The notes under the pieces: model-generated | What the model saw: the letters and a program-made list of their open reading frames with translations, nothing else | What the model was told of the DNA's origin: nothing | Databases searched by the model: none | Translations under genes and position numbers: made by a program | Assembly: GCF_006345805.1 (NCBI RefSeq) | Contig: NC_042997.1 | Coordinates: forward strand, 40,796,001-40,860,000 | Direction of reading: 5' to 3' | Length of the DNA stretch: 64,000 nt | Origin: Octopus sinensis | Lineage: Eukaryota | Shown here: positions 12,000-24,100 of the stretch, one piece after another | How the letters are laid out: every line of letters begins with the position of its first letter | How positions within the stretch are numbered: position 1 is the stretch's first letter

Positions 12000-12683
12000 T
12001 ATCAAGGAATGCATTCATCGTGGCTTTAACAGCGAATACATCCAGCAAATTATTGTGGCAATATATATTTTATCAATGCAATGTTTTGCATCTGCAGTTA
12101 TTGACTATTCAGTAAATCTAGAAACTGCTAAAAAAAAAAACCATGCAAGTGGTACCGAAAAAGCTCAAATACTTTGAACTTAATTGGATGATATGTAGAG
12201 ATTGGAAAGCACATTGCTTGGCAAACAAAGCAGTGACATTAAATTTCTTTCTTTTTGTGTTTATGTGATAGTCAAACTGAAATAAATCAGTAGGTAAAAA
12301 CGGTATGGGTGAAAAGAAGAAATTTCCATGTTGGTAAGCTCAACTTCATGAACGCATATACACATTCTGATAAAACCAGAGTTCATGAAGTTCCCAGCAT
12401 TTCATATCAAAGTAGGGTTGATGAAACAGTTTGTTAATGATTAAGATAAAGTAGGTGCAGGAGGTAGCTTGTAAATTGTATTTATTAGAAATTGATTTCA
12501 AGTATTTTATTAAATAAAATAGGCATAGGAGAAGCTGTGTGGTAAGTAGCTTGCTTACCAGCCACATGGTTCCGGGTTCAGTTCCACTGCGTAGCACCTT
12601 AGGCAAGTGTCTTCTACTATAGCCTCGGGCCGACCAAAGCCTTGTGATTGGATTTGGTAGGCGGAATCTGAAAGAAGCCCGTC

Positions 12684-12718
<35 letters not shown>

Positions 12719-13470
12719 CGTGTGCGTGCGTGCGTGTGTGTGTGTGTGTATATGTGTGTGTGTTGATGTGTGTGTGTGTGTGAGTTTGAGTCTGTGTTAG
12801 TCCCCCCAACATCGCTTGACAACCGATGCTGGTGTGTTTATGTCCCCGTAACTTAGTGGTTCGGCAAAAGAGACCGATAGAATAAAGGCTTACAAAGAAT
12901 AAGTCCTGGGGTCGATTTACTCGACTAAAGGCGGTGCTCCAGCATGGCCACAGTCAAATGACTGAAACAAGTAAAAGAGTAAAAGAGACTCTTTCAAATC
13001 TCAATATGGAAATGTTCTCTATTCTAAGTCAAGAAACATTAAAAGCAGAATGTCTTTAATAGGCCTATGATAAAAACGTCAATGCAAGATGAGCTATTTA
13101 AGACTATTTAAACCTGTTAAGAAAATGCCTGCGTAGTGAAAAGGTAGTGAAAAAAAAAAGCTTTTGAGCAACAACAAATCCTATAACTTTGAAAATCTGG
13201 TGATGCTTTTACTTTTTCACCTTCCAGAAGCTGAAATGTGATGAGTTTCAATATGCATTTCCTATACACGCATTTAAACTACTTCCCTGTCAAATTAGGA
13301 GATATTAATGAAAAGCAAGAAGATTGTTTGCGCCATTACATAGAAACTATAGAATAAAAGTTAGCAGGGATGATGGAGCATAAATATGATGACAGAATTA
13401 TTGAGAAAGCTGCTTTCTTAAACAGTTCACTTGCCAAATCAACCTAAGTCTTTTGCTTATTCTACTGCAG
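12000..13470 (+). mobile_element. Heavily decayed DNA-transposon-like protein relic (superfamily unassigned), interrupted by a SINE
   Basis: Frameshifted motifs in collinear order: NWMICRDWK..LGKQS..FLCLCDS..KTVWVKR (12180-12340), GPMIKTSMQDELF..FLSNNKSYNFENLV (13050-13200), HLNYFPVKLGDINEKQ..(W)SINMMT (13270-13400). These match a widespread invertebrate family recalled as ..ICGDLK..FLCLWDSR..HLDFFPENLGAVSEEQGERFHQDI.. Confidence 0.55.
12521..12987 (+). mobile_element. Major-family SINE, full length
   Basis: tRNA-like head, internal (TG)n, conserved tail ending GTAAAAGAGTAAAAGAG. Confidence 0.9.
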
Positions 13471-14040
13471 ATCTTAAATTAACATGAGACGCACGGAAGT
13501 TGTTCACTGGGTAATGTATTTACCCCACAATATAACGAATATTTTAAATGTATTTCCCCCACAATATAACAAATCTTTTAAACACCTTCCACGCTGCAAT
13601 TGTTTTCGTTCCAGCACACAATCTCAGATCAGGTCACTTGCTATGCAAGTACATCTCTTTAAATACTTTATTTTTTATTTAATTTTTTTTTTTTACTTTC
13701 ATGGTTGGAAAGTGCAACATCTACATTTGTAAAATACATTATGTCATTTTATATAAAAAAAAAATTTACAAAATGTATCCGACTTTTATATATATAACCG
13801 TGCTGTGGTAAAAAATTTCCCACAAAACACCTCAAACCCTTAAACGTGAGTAAAAGTTTTCCCACAAAACTCCTAAAATACGAGGTTATTATATCATGTA
13901 ATTGCAACATCTGATCTACATTTTCTATGTCAATAGATAACTAAAATTTGAAATATGCATTTATGCACAAAATTTTTACATGGTAAACAAATTCAACAAG
14001 GAGATTCGAAATCACTGCCCAAAACTTAGATAAAATGAAC

Positions 14041-14242
14041 AGTCATTACAAAAAAGCAAAGATTTTTTTCCCCATAATAGGCGCAGGAGTGGCTGTGTGG
14101 TAAGTAGCTTGCTTATGAACTACATGGTTCTGGGTTCAGTCCCACTGCGTGGCATCTTGGGCAAATGTCTTCTACTATAGCCTCGGGCCGACCAAAGCCT
14201 TGTGAGTGGATTTGGTTGACGGAAACTGAAAGAAGCCTGACG

Positions 14243-14304
<62 letters not shown>

Positions 14305-14723
14305 TATGTCTGTGTTTGTCCCCCTAGCATTGCTTGACAACCGATACTGGTGTGTTTACGTCCCCGTCACTTAGCGGTTTGGCAAAAGAGACCGATAGAA
14401 TAAGTACTGGGCTTACAAAGAATAAGTCCCGGGGTCGAGTTGCTCGACTAAAGGCGGTGCTCCGGCATGGCCTCAGTCAAATTACTGAAACAAAAGAGTA
14501 AAAGAGTCATTACAAAAAAGCAAAGATTTTTTTCCCCATAATAGGCGCAGGAGTGGCTGTGTGGTAAGTAGCTTGCTTATGAACTACATGGTTCCGGGTT
14601 CAGTCCCACTGCGTGGCATCTTGGGCAAATGACTTCTACTATAGCCTCGGGCCGACCAAAGCCTTGTGAGTGGATTTGGTTGACGGAAACTGAAAGAAGC
14701 CTGTCGTATATATATACATATAT

Positions 14724-14817
<94 letters not shown>

Positions 14818-15058
14818 TTGTATGTCTGTGTTTGTCCCCCTAGCATTGCTTGACAACCGATGCTGGTGTGTTTACTTCCCCGTCACTTAGCGGTTTGGCA
14901 AAAGACACCGATAGAATAAGTACTGGGCTTACAAAGAATAAGTCCCGGGGTCGAGTTGCTCGACTAAAGGCGGTGCTCCGGCATGGCCTCAGTCAAATTA
15001 CTGAAACAAAAGAGTAAAAGAGTCATTACAAAAAAGCAAAGATTTTTTTCCCCATAAT
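14041..15058 (+). repeat. Tandem SINE dimer bounded by three copies of a 38-bp direct repeat
   Basis: AGTCATTACAAAAAAGCAAAGATTTTTTTCCCCATAAT occurs at 14041, 14505 and 15021. SINE copies lie at 14079-14504 and 14543-15020. Confidence 0.9.
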
Positions 15059-15616
15059 GCAGCCCAGAGTAATTGGCTAAAAATAAATGATATTAAAGGG
15101 GAACAACTTTTACAACTCAAAGCGTAAATTGAATATTTGTTAGATCCAAAGAAATATAATAGAAAAATAACTTTTAATCATATATCAGAAAGATGGAAAC
15201 TAATAAATTATTGAAATAGTCATTTATAGGAGATTTAAAGTGAAAGCAAGAAGACAAAAAACAAAAAAATGGTTGAATTATGCGTGTCATATTGATTTTC
15301 CGAGTTAAATATATTATCCTTCTCGTCAAGTAAAAAAATGTTTATGGAATATTTGTTTTGTCTGATATATTTAACAATATTTCTGGTTATCAGAAAAAAA
15401 AAGAAAAAATCATCGAAAGTTTTCAATGTTTCAAGGAATAATTTATTTTTCAGTGTGGTGAAAGTAGACTCCAAAGAAGTAAAAAATAAAAACAAAATGA
15501 CGAATTTCAAAACTCTTTGCGATTTATTACTCCATCTTCCTCGCTCAACATTAACACAGATACGATAGCAATAATTAGATGAAATAAAATAAAGGCATAA
15601 ACTATACAGGTATGCT

Positions 15617-15639
<23 letters not shown>

Positions 15640-15654
<15 letters not shown>

Positions 15655-16360
15655 CGCCACCGACTTTGTTTCCTTATAACCGTCAGAAAAATTAATATTT
15701 TTTAATGAAATTTTCTACAAATATCTTTCAGATTGTGTAGATAGCGATTATATCGGAATTTTATGCAAAACAAGAAAAAAAAAGTGGGAGGGTGGGTAGC
15801 GGATATTTCATACACCTCGACTTCACTTCTTTATATTTTTATGATGTCGATAAAAACTACGTGTGTTGAGTAAAAAATACATTTTAGAATCATTTCGCCG
15901 TTTCCTTTCTGAAATTTGGTAAATGAATATCTTTTTAAAATACAATGAAGTTTTCCAGAGATACAAGCATAATTTGAAACAAAAAACCCTTAACGGAGAT
16001 GAACTTGGTATGGCAATTTGGTATGCTATAGACCTGGAAATTTTCATTTTATCACAAAATGTTCATAGAAAAATTCTAGAACGAATAGGGCGGGAAAGTT
16101 CTGACATTTTTTCTTTTTGTTTTTCAACTTTATTGTAATTTGCATTATCAAAACGTATGCGGAAACAAAGTCGTGGTGCAAGAATTATCAGAAAATCCTC
16201 TCTATCCACCCACCCCTTCTCCCCAACGTAAAGAATTTCCGCAACAAATTTTGATATAATCGTAACCTAATACACTCCGAACCGTGTCTGTAGAAAATTT
16301 CGTTAAATAGTATCAATTTTTCTGTAAGTTATGAGAAGATAAAATCGGGAGCACACACGT
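15640..16360. mobile_element. Old foldback/MITE with degenerate long TIRs
   Basis: 15690-15810 (GAAATTTTCTACA..GATTATATC..GGGTGGGTAG) is an imperfect reverse complement of 16200-16330 (CTATCCACCC..GATATAATC..TGTAGAAAATTTC). Confidence 0.45.
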
Positions 16361-16739
16361 ATAGTTATGCCAAAATCATGTCTTAAGACATAATTTCAGT
16401 CTTAGTTGATGCTTTTTTGACTAACGTCTTGGTGAATGCTTACAAATATTTCTAAGGAAATTGCCAAACGCATCCATAATAAAAGGGCACTACAGAAGAT
16501 TTATCAAACATTTCCAAGTAATATGAATTTAACAGCTAATGTGTTGGTGGTGGAACGGCGAATAAAACTATCCAGATGAATTATCTCCCCTGAAATGATA
16601 CACTATATTGTATTGGGTCATCTCATAAATAATGTGGGTTTTTTCAATTGCATGAACTAAAAGTCGGAAGGGGACGGGATAAACTACCTCCATCAACTTG
16701 CTATAAAAGCAGGTATTAATTTTACCTTGGTCCTTATTC

Positions 16740-17530
16740 TTAGTGAAAGTTTTCAAGAGTGCAGTTCGACTTTAACGGTTATTTTTTCAAAGCTGTTATG
16801 GGAGTGACAAAGGAACATATTCGGCATATTTTTCTTTGTGAGTTCAATAAAGGCACCAACGCAACGGAAAGTGCAAGGAATATTAATGCAGTATATGGGG
16901 ATCGGACAATAAACGTAAGCAAGTGTCAACGGTGGTTCCAGAAATTCCGAGCTGGAAACTACAGCTTAGAAGACGGGCCTCGTCCTGGAAGATCTGTAGA
17001 GCTCGACAAGGATGTCCTGCAAACCCTGGTGGAACAAAATCCCATCGTTTTTTTTAGAAACTAGCAGAGACGCATGGATTTGGACATTCCACCATTCATC
17101 GACACTTGCGCTAGAAGAAAAACAACCATCTTTGGTTTTACACCGAAAGGTGTCCTTCCATCAGGATAATGCTCGGCCATATACAGCAAGGATGACATTC
17201 CAAAGGCTGGAGCAGTTTGAATTGGAAACGATGCCCCGCCCACCAAATTCGCCGGACATTGCCCCATCGGATTATCATTTATTCTGCAGTCTTCAAAATC
17301 ATTAAGACGGAAAAAATATGAATTCTGTAGACGAGGTCGGAACCGTACTGGAAGAGTATTTTTCGTTACGGAGAAGTGAATTTTGGAAGAGGAGCTTTGC
17401 AAGTCTGCCAGATATATAGAAGAGCATTGTAGAAAATGAAGGAGAGTATATTTCAGATTTAAAAAGAACTTTGTTTATCTTAATTTTGAAAAAGAAGTAT
17501 AAAAAACGTATTGTTTATAGGATGACTCAA
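16740..17530 (+). mobile_element. mariner transposase relic (internally deleted)
   Basis: HIRHIFLCEFNKG..WFQKFRAGNYSLEDGPRPGRS (HTH) and FHQDNARP..HPPNSPDIAPSDY-like motif (RPPNSPDIAPSDYHLF, D,D34D C-terminus). The central catalytic region is missing. Confidence 0.9.
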
Positions 17531-17789
17531 TGACTTGTATTATAGAGGCTTTTCAGAAAGAACTTTATTCCCCAGTCACACGGTTTTGAGTTCAATCCCA
17601 CTATGTGGCAAACTGTGCAAGTGTCTTCTGATGTAGCCTTGGGTCGACAAAAGCCTAGTGGGTGGGTTTGATTGATGGAAATTGGGCGCAGGGACTGATG
17701 TTGAAAGCCCCGTAACCGTCTGAGACTCCAGGAACACCACCATCGATGCATCCTAGAGATCTGCAACATGTATCTTAAAACTCAATATT

Positions 17790-17820
<31 letters not shown>

Positions 17821-17879
17821 CACCCCATTTGGTTTATTTACATCTTTATAACTTAGCGCTCCAGCATAAAAGGCCGAAT

Positions 17880-20800
17880 GAATAGGAACTCACCGACTCC
17901 AGAGGCGCTTTTCTAGCCTTTCGAAAGCAACACTTGCTTTCCTAAACCTATATGGAATTTCATCATCCAAATTGCTATATCTATTAATAGTGCTTCCCAC
18001 GTAGACAAACTGATCAAGTACATCAAGTCGTTTACCATACACATAGATATTTGGTACACTATACTGCTTACCAGGGGCAGGTTGGTACATGACAACTGTT
18101 TTCTTGAGATTGAGTGTCAATCCTAAGGCACTACAAGCATCAGAGAATGCATTCAAAATGTGTTGCATATCAATCTGTGTGCACTACTAGATCACAATCA
18201 TCTGCATACAAAGGGTCTCTTATGATAGAGGTAAATCCTTTGTTTTTGCAGCAAAGCGCCTGATATTAAATATGCTGCCAGAGGTTTGATAATGGATGTA
18301 AACACCATATCTGCGGTTTCTGAATGCAATACAGAAAAACCATTGCAAAATATATGGCAAATACATATTTCCAGAATATTTCCCTGTTTCACTCCATTTT
18401 GTATTGAAATGGGCTCCGACATTTTCCCTCTAACATTCACCCTACCATTCATGTCTTCATGAAAAGACCTAACCAAAGCAAGGAACTTTTCAGGACACCC
18501 AAGTTTCTGGAGAACTCTCCACAATCCTTTTCTATTGACAGTATCAAAGGCTTTTGTCAGATCGACAAAAACCTGATATAAATCCACACACTTCTCCTGA
18601 AGCTGTCTAGCAGAAAAGATCATATCAGCACTGCCACGTCCCACACGAAAGCCAGATTGACTTTCTGGAAGAACACAATGTGCAATGTGTTTCAGCAGAC
18701 GATCCAGAAGTACCCTGCATAAAACCTTTCCTATGACAGAAAGCAATGATATTCCCCTATAGTTACCACAATCATTCCTGTTGCTCTTTCCCTTATAGAA
18801 GACCATCATTACTGTATCTCTCCAGTCCTCAGGTACAGATTCATTAGCCCATATCCTGCCAAACAAAGAGTGAAGTTGCTGCAGAATTTTCTCACCAACA
18901 TGCTGTATCAACTCCGCGTGTATTCCATCCATACCTGGAGATCTCCCATTATTCATCCTTGAGACAGCTTCCACAACTTCTTCCAACTTTGGTGGTTCTG
19001 CGAGAGCCGCCTTCACAGGTAATCCATGGATGAGATTGAGAACATTGTCATTAACTATGGACTGCTGATTCAAAAGTTCATCAAAGTGTTCTTGCCACTT
19101 TCACAGAATTCCTTGTGAATCACAAAGAAGTTCTTTATCATTCCTGCTTCGAAGTGGTGTCATTAGAGAAGTTGGTCCATAAACTTCTTGCAAAAGACCA
19201 TACAACAGCTTTGTGTTATTGGAATCCGAAGATGCCTGTATCTCATCAGCCTTCTTACTCCACCACGTATCCCTCACCTGAGAGAACCTCTGCCTCACAC
19301 GTGATTTCACATCCTTGAGTTCCCTATGCAACACTTCCCTTTCCTGTGGCTTTGCTGACAAATAGCGTGACAAAGTACATATTTTGTCAACCAATAAATC
19401 ATCTATATGTTCATCATTTTCTTTAAACCAATCTTGATGCTTTCTTTGTATCAATCCCAGAACTTTCGTTCCTATATCATAAACTGACTTTTTAAGCTGT
19501 CGATCAATCCTTCCCAATATCTGCAGCATTCATTTCCTCTCGTAAAGTTCTCTTCACACTATTACACCTAAGACAATCAACATTCAGTCTTTTAGGCAGG
19601 GTAATCCCTGCAGCTCGGATTTTATGTTTTGTGACTAATTTCACTTTTGCACGTACTAGGCAGTGGTCAGTCCAACACTCAGCTCCACGAAGAACACGAA
19701 CACACTGCACATCCTGTCTGTCATGCACCCTAACAAGGATGTAATCCAGAATATGCCATTCTTTAGATGCAGGATGCATCTTAAACTTATTCTTTTGTTG
19801 AAACATGGTATTGGTAACACGCAGACGCAGCTCCTCACACATCTGCAGCAAAAGCATGCCATTACTATTACACTTTCCCACCCCATGCTTTCCAGTTACA
19901 GTCCATGTGTTAAAATCCCTACCCACTCTAGCATCAATGTCACCCAGCACAATGACTTCGTCTGCCCGAGGGATATTTCTTATAATGCCCTTCAAAGCAT
20001 GGTAGAAAGAAACATTTTCGTCATCAGTATAGCATATAGTTGGCGCATACACACTCACCAAGGTCAGATAATTTCCTTTAACCAAAGAAGTGGCATTTGC
20101 TGTTAAGGCTACTCTTGTGGACAAGTTGGAAGAATTTCCAGTTGGGATTAACAAGTGTCTTAGGTCCATACTAGGTGTAAGCTATGGACTTAAGACACTC
20201 GTTAATCCCGACTGGGAATTCTTTCAACTTGTCCACATGAGTAGCCTTAACAGCAAATGCCACTCCAGCCTCTCTTCTAAACTCTTCATCCATCCCCTTC
20301 CAAAAGAATGTATATTTTCCACAAGATTCTGTAAGATGACCATCTCCAGCTAATCTCATCTCAGATAAAGCAACGATGTCAAGATCATAGCATTGAAGCT
20401 CCTTCGCAACAAGAGCAGTCCTTCGTTCAGGACATTCTGAGGACTTATGGTCAAGCAGTGTCCGTACATTCCAACAGCCAATATTCAATATTTTATTTGG
20501 TTCTATCATAGTAGCACGATGATGGTTGGGTTCAGACTGTGATGCTCTGGAGCCCCTGCTGTGCCAGGCTCTTTCATCTGATGTGGTTCCAGAGTCCTTA
20601 CTGCCATTCATTTTTATATTGTTTTGGTACATCATTGATTGTTTGCTTTTTAAGGCTACAGCCAGCCATTCAGTTGAGACTCACAGCACTTTCAACAATC
20701 ATCAATGTTGTTAGCATGCAATGCCTGTGCAAGAAGATTTTTTTTAAAGTGAAGAAAGGCTGTGCACTGAGTCAATCTCACTCACTAAGCAACAGCAGCC

Positions 20801-21003
20801 ATGACCCGAAAAAAAGAACAAGTCAACATCATCAGTAACCACTCAGCCGCAGGTTTTATGTTGGAGTTATCCCAGTTATCCGAGTTGCTTTCTCCTAGAA
20901 GGATGCCCTAACAAGGGCTAGGGGTCCTTCACTCCCAATGGTTTAACCGCGTAATCAGGTATTCGGTCTGATTATTTCTATGTCCCTGTGCAAGATACAG
21001 CCA
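17880..21003 (-). mobile_element. RTE-clade LINE (family 1), APE + RT, frameshifted and 3'-truncated
   Basis: ORFs 20171-20635 (LNIGCWNVRTL..DIVALSE), 19504-20169 (APE C-terminus, TDH), 18198-19073 (GKSNRNDCGNYRGISLLS, FVDLTKAFD, GVKQG) and 17890-18168. Confidence 0.92.
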
Positions 21004-21170
21004 TAAACTGGATAAAATAGATATAAGGGGAAAAAAAACACATATAAAATATACATAAATATATGATATGGAATATATAAAAAAAACTATAAAATAATAT
21101 ATATAATGAGCAAATTATAAAAATATACAATATATATAATTAGTGAGAAAAAGGGGCATATTCAGCTATT

Positions 21171-24100
21171 AAAGTCTTATCACACAATTACTTATTTATT
21201 CTCTAAATTTTGTCTCAGATTGTCTGACGGAGAACTCTCATATTTTTCAAGTCTATCTTACTATTTGACTATTATCAACACTTGCTGTCTCATTAAACTA
21301 TGATTAGTAGACCCTCTTCCTAGTTCGAGGTGCTTAGTTCATGCATTTCCTTAACCCAACATATTCATTGATTCATTCATGAAAGTCTTATCACACAGTC
21401 ACTTATTTATTCTCTAAATTTTGTCTCAGATTGTCTGACGGAGAACTCTCAGATTTTTCAAGTTTATTTTACTATTTGACTATTGTCAACACTTGCTGTC
21501 TCATTAAACTATGATTAGTAGACCCTCTTCCTAGTTCGAGGTGCTTAGTTCATGCATTTCCTTAACCCAACATATTCATTGATTCATTCATGAAAGTCTT
21601 ATCACACAGTCACTTATTTATTCTCTAAATTTTGTCTCAGATTGTCTGACGGAGAACTCTCATATTTTTCAAGTTTATTTTACTATTTGACTATTGTCAA
21701 CACTTGCTGTCTCATTAAACTATGATAGTAGACCCTCTTCCTAGTTCGAGGTGCTTAGTTCATGCATTTCCTTAACCCACATATTCATTGATTCATTCAT
21801 GAAAGTCTTATCACACAATTACTTATTTATTCTCTAAATTTTGTCTTAGATTGTCTGACGGAGAACTCTCATATTTTTCAAGTTTATTTTACTATTTGAC
21901 TATTATCAACACTTGCTGTCTCATTAAACTATGATTAGTAGACCCTCTTCCTAGTTCGAGGTGCTTAGTTCATGCATTTCCTTAACCCAACATATTCATT
22001 GATTCATTCATGAAAGTCTTATCACACAATTACTTATTTATTCTCTAAATTTTGTCTCAGATTGTCTGACGGAGAACTCTCAGATTTTTCAAGTTTATTT
22101 TACTATTTGACTATTATCAACACTTGCTGTCTCATTAAACTATGATTAGTAGACCCTCTTCCTAGTTCGAGGTGCTTAGTTCATGCATTTCCTTAACCCA
22201 ACATATTCATTGATTCATTCATGAAAGTCTTATCACACAATTACTTATTTATTCTCTAAATTTTGTCTCAGATTGTCTGACGGAGAACTCTCATATTTTT
22301 CAAGTTTATTTTACTATTTGACTATTGTCAACACTTGCTGTCTCATTAAACTATGATTAGTAGACCCTCTTCCTAGTTCGAGGTGCTTAGTTCATGCATT
22401 TCCTTAACCCAACATATTCATTGATTCATTCATGAAAGTCTTATCACACAATTACTTATTTATTCTCTAAATTTTGTCTCAGATTGTCTGACGGAGAACT
22501 CTCATATTTTTCAAGTTTATTTTACTATTTGACTATTGTCAACACTTGCTGTCTCATTAAACTATGATTAGTAGACCCTCTTCCTAGTTCGAGGTGCTTA
22601 GTTCATGCATTTCCTTAACCCAACATATTCATTGATTCATTCATGAAAGTCTTATCACACAATTACTTATTTATTCTCTAAATTTTGTCTCAGATTGTCT
22701 GACGGAGAACTCTCAGATTTTTCAAGTTTATTTTACTATTTGACTATTATCAACACTTGCTGTCTCATTAAACTATGATTAGTAGACCTCTTCCTAGTTC
22801 GAGGTGCTTAGTTCATGCATTTCCTTAACCCAACATATTCATTGATTCATTAATGAAAGTCTTATCACACAATTACTTATTTATTCTCTAAATTTTGTCT
22901 CAGATTGTCTGACGGAGAACTCTCATATTTTTCAAGTTTATTTTACTATTTGACTATTGTCAACACTTGCTGTCTCATTAAACTATGATTAGTAGACCCT
23001 CTTCCTAGTTCGAGGTGCTTAGTTCATGCATTTCCTTAACCCAACATATTCATTGATTCATTCATGAAAGTCTTATCACACAATTACTTATTTATTCTCT
23101 AAATTTTGTCTTAGATTGTCTGACGGAGAACTCTCATATTTTTCAAGTTTATTTTACTATTTGACTATTATCAACACTTGCTGTCTCATTAAACTATGAT
23201 TAGTAGACCCTCTTCCTAGTTCGAGGTGCTTAGTTCATGCATTTCCTTAACCCAACATATTCATTGATTCATTCATGAAAGTCTTATCACACAATTACTT
23301 ATTTATTCTCTAAATTTTGTCTCAGATTGTCTGACGGAGAACTCTCAGATTTTTCAAGTTTATTTTACTATTTGACTATTATCAACACTTGCTGTCTCAT
23401 TAAACTATGATTAGTAGACCCTCTTCCTAGTTCGAGGTGCTTAGTTCATGCATTTCCTTAACCCAACATATTCATTGATTCATTCATGAAAGTCTTATCA
23501 CACAATTACTTATTTATTCTCTAAATTTTGTCTCAGATTGTCTGACGGAGAACTCTCAGATTTTTCAAGTTTATTTTACTATTTGACTATTGTCAACACT
23601 TGCTGTCTCATTAAACTATGATTAGTAGACCTCTTCCTAGTTCGAGGTGCTTAGTTCATGCATTTCCTTAACCCAACATATTCATTGATTCATTAATGAA
23701 AGTCTTATCACACAATTACTTATTTATTCTCTAAATTTTGTCTCAGATTGTCTGACGGAGAACTCTCATATTTTTCAAGTTTATTTTACTATTTGACTAT
23801 TGTCAACACTTGCTGTCTCATTAAACTATGATTAGTAGACCCTCTTCCTAGTCCGAGGTGCTTAGTTCATGCATTTCCTTAACCCAACATATTCATTGAT
23901 TCATTAATGAAAGTCTTATCACACAATTACTTATTTATTCTCTAAATTTTGTCTCAGATTGTCTGACGGAGAACTCTCAGATTTTTCAAGTTTATTTTAC
24001 TATTTGACTATTGTCAACACTTGCTGTCTCATTAAACTATGATTAGTAGACCTCTTCCTAGTTCGAGGTGCTTAGTTCATGCATTTCCTTAACCCAACAT

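Noticed and set aside
10136-14856. Many ORF-track 'proteins' with HTHT/CVCV/YIYI runs (also 39813-40267 and 58526-58778)
   Set aside because: These are translations of SINE-internal (CA)n/(TA)n microsatellites, not genes.
21215-21250. Hammerhead ribozyme in the satellite monomer (TCAGATTGTCTGACGGAGAACTCTCA)
   Set aside because: It has small hairpins and CTGACG, but lacks the CUGANGA...GAAA core on either strand.
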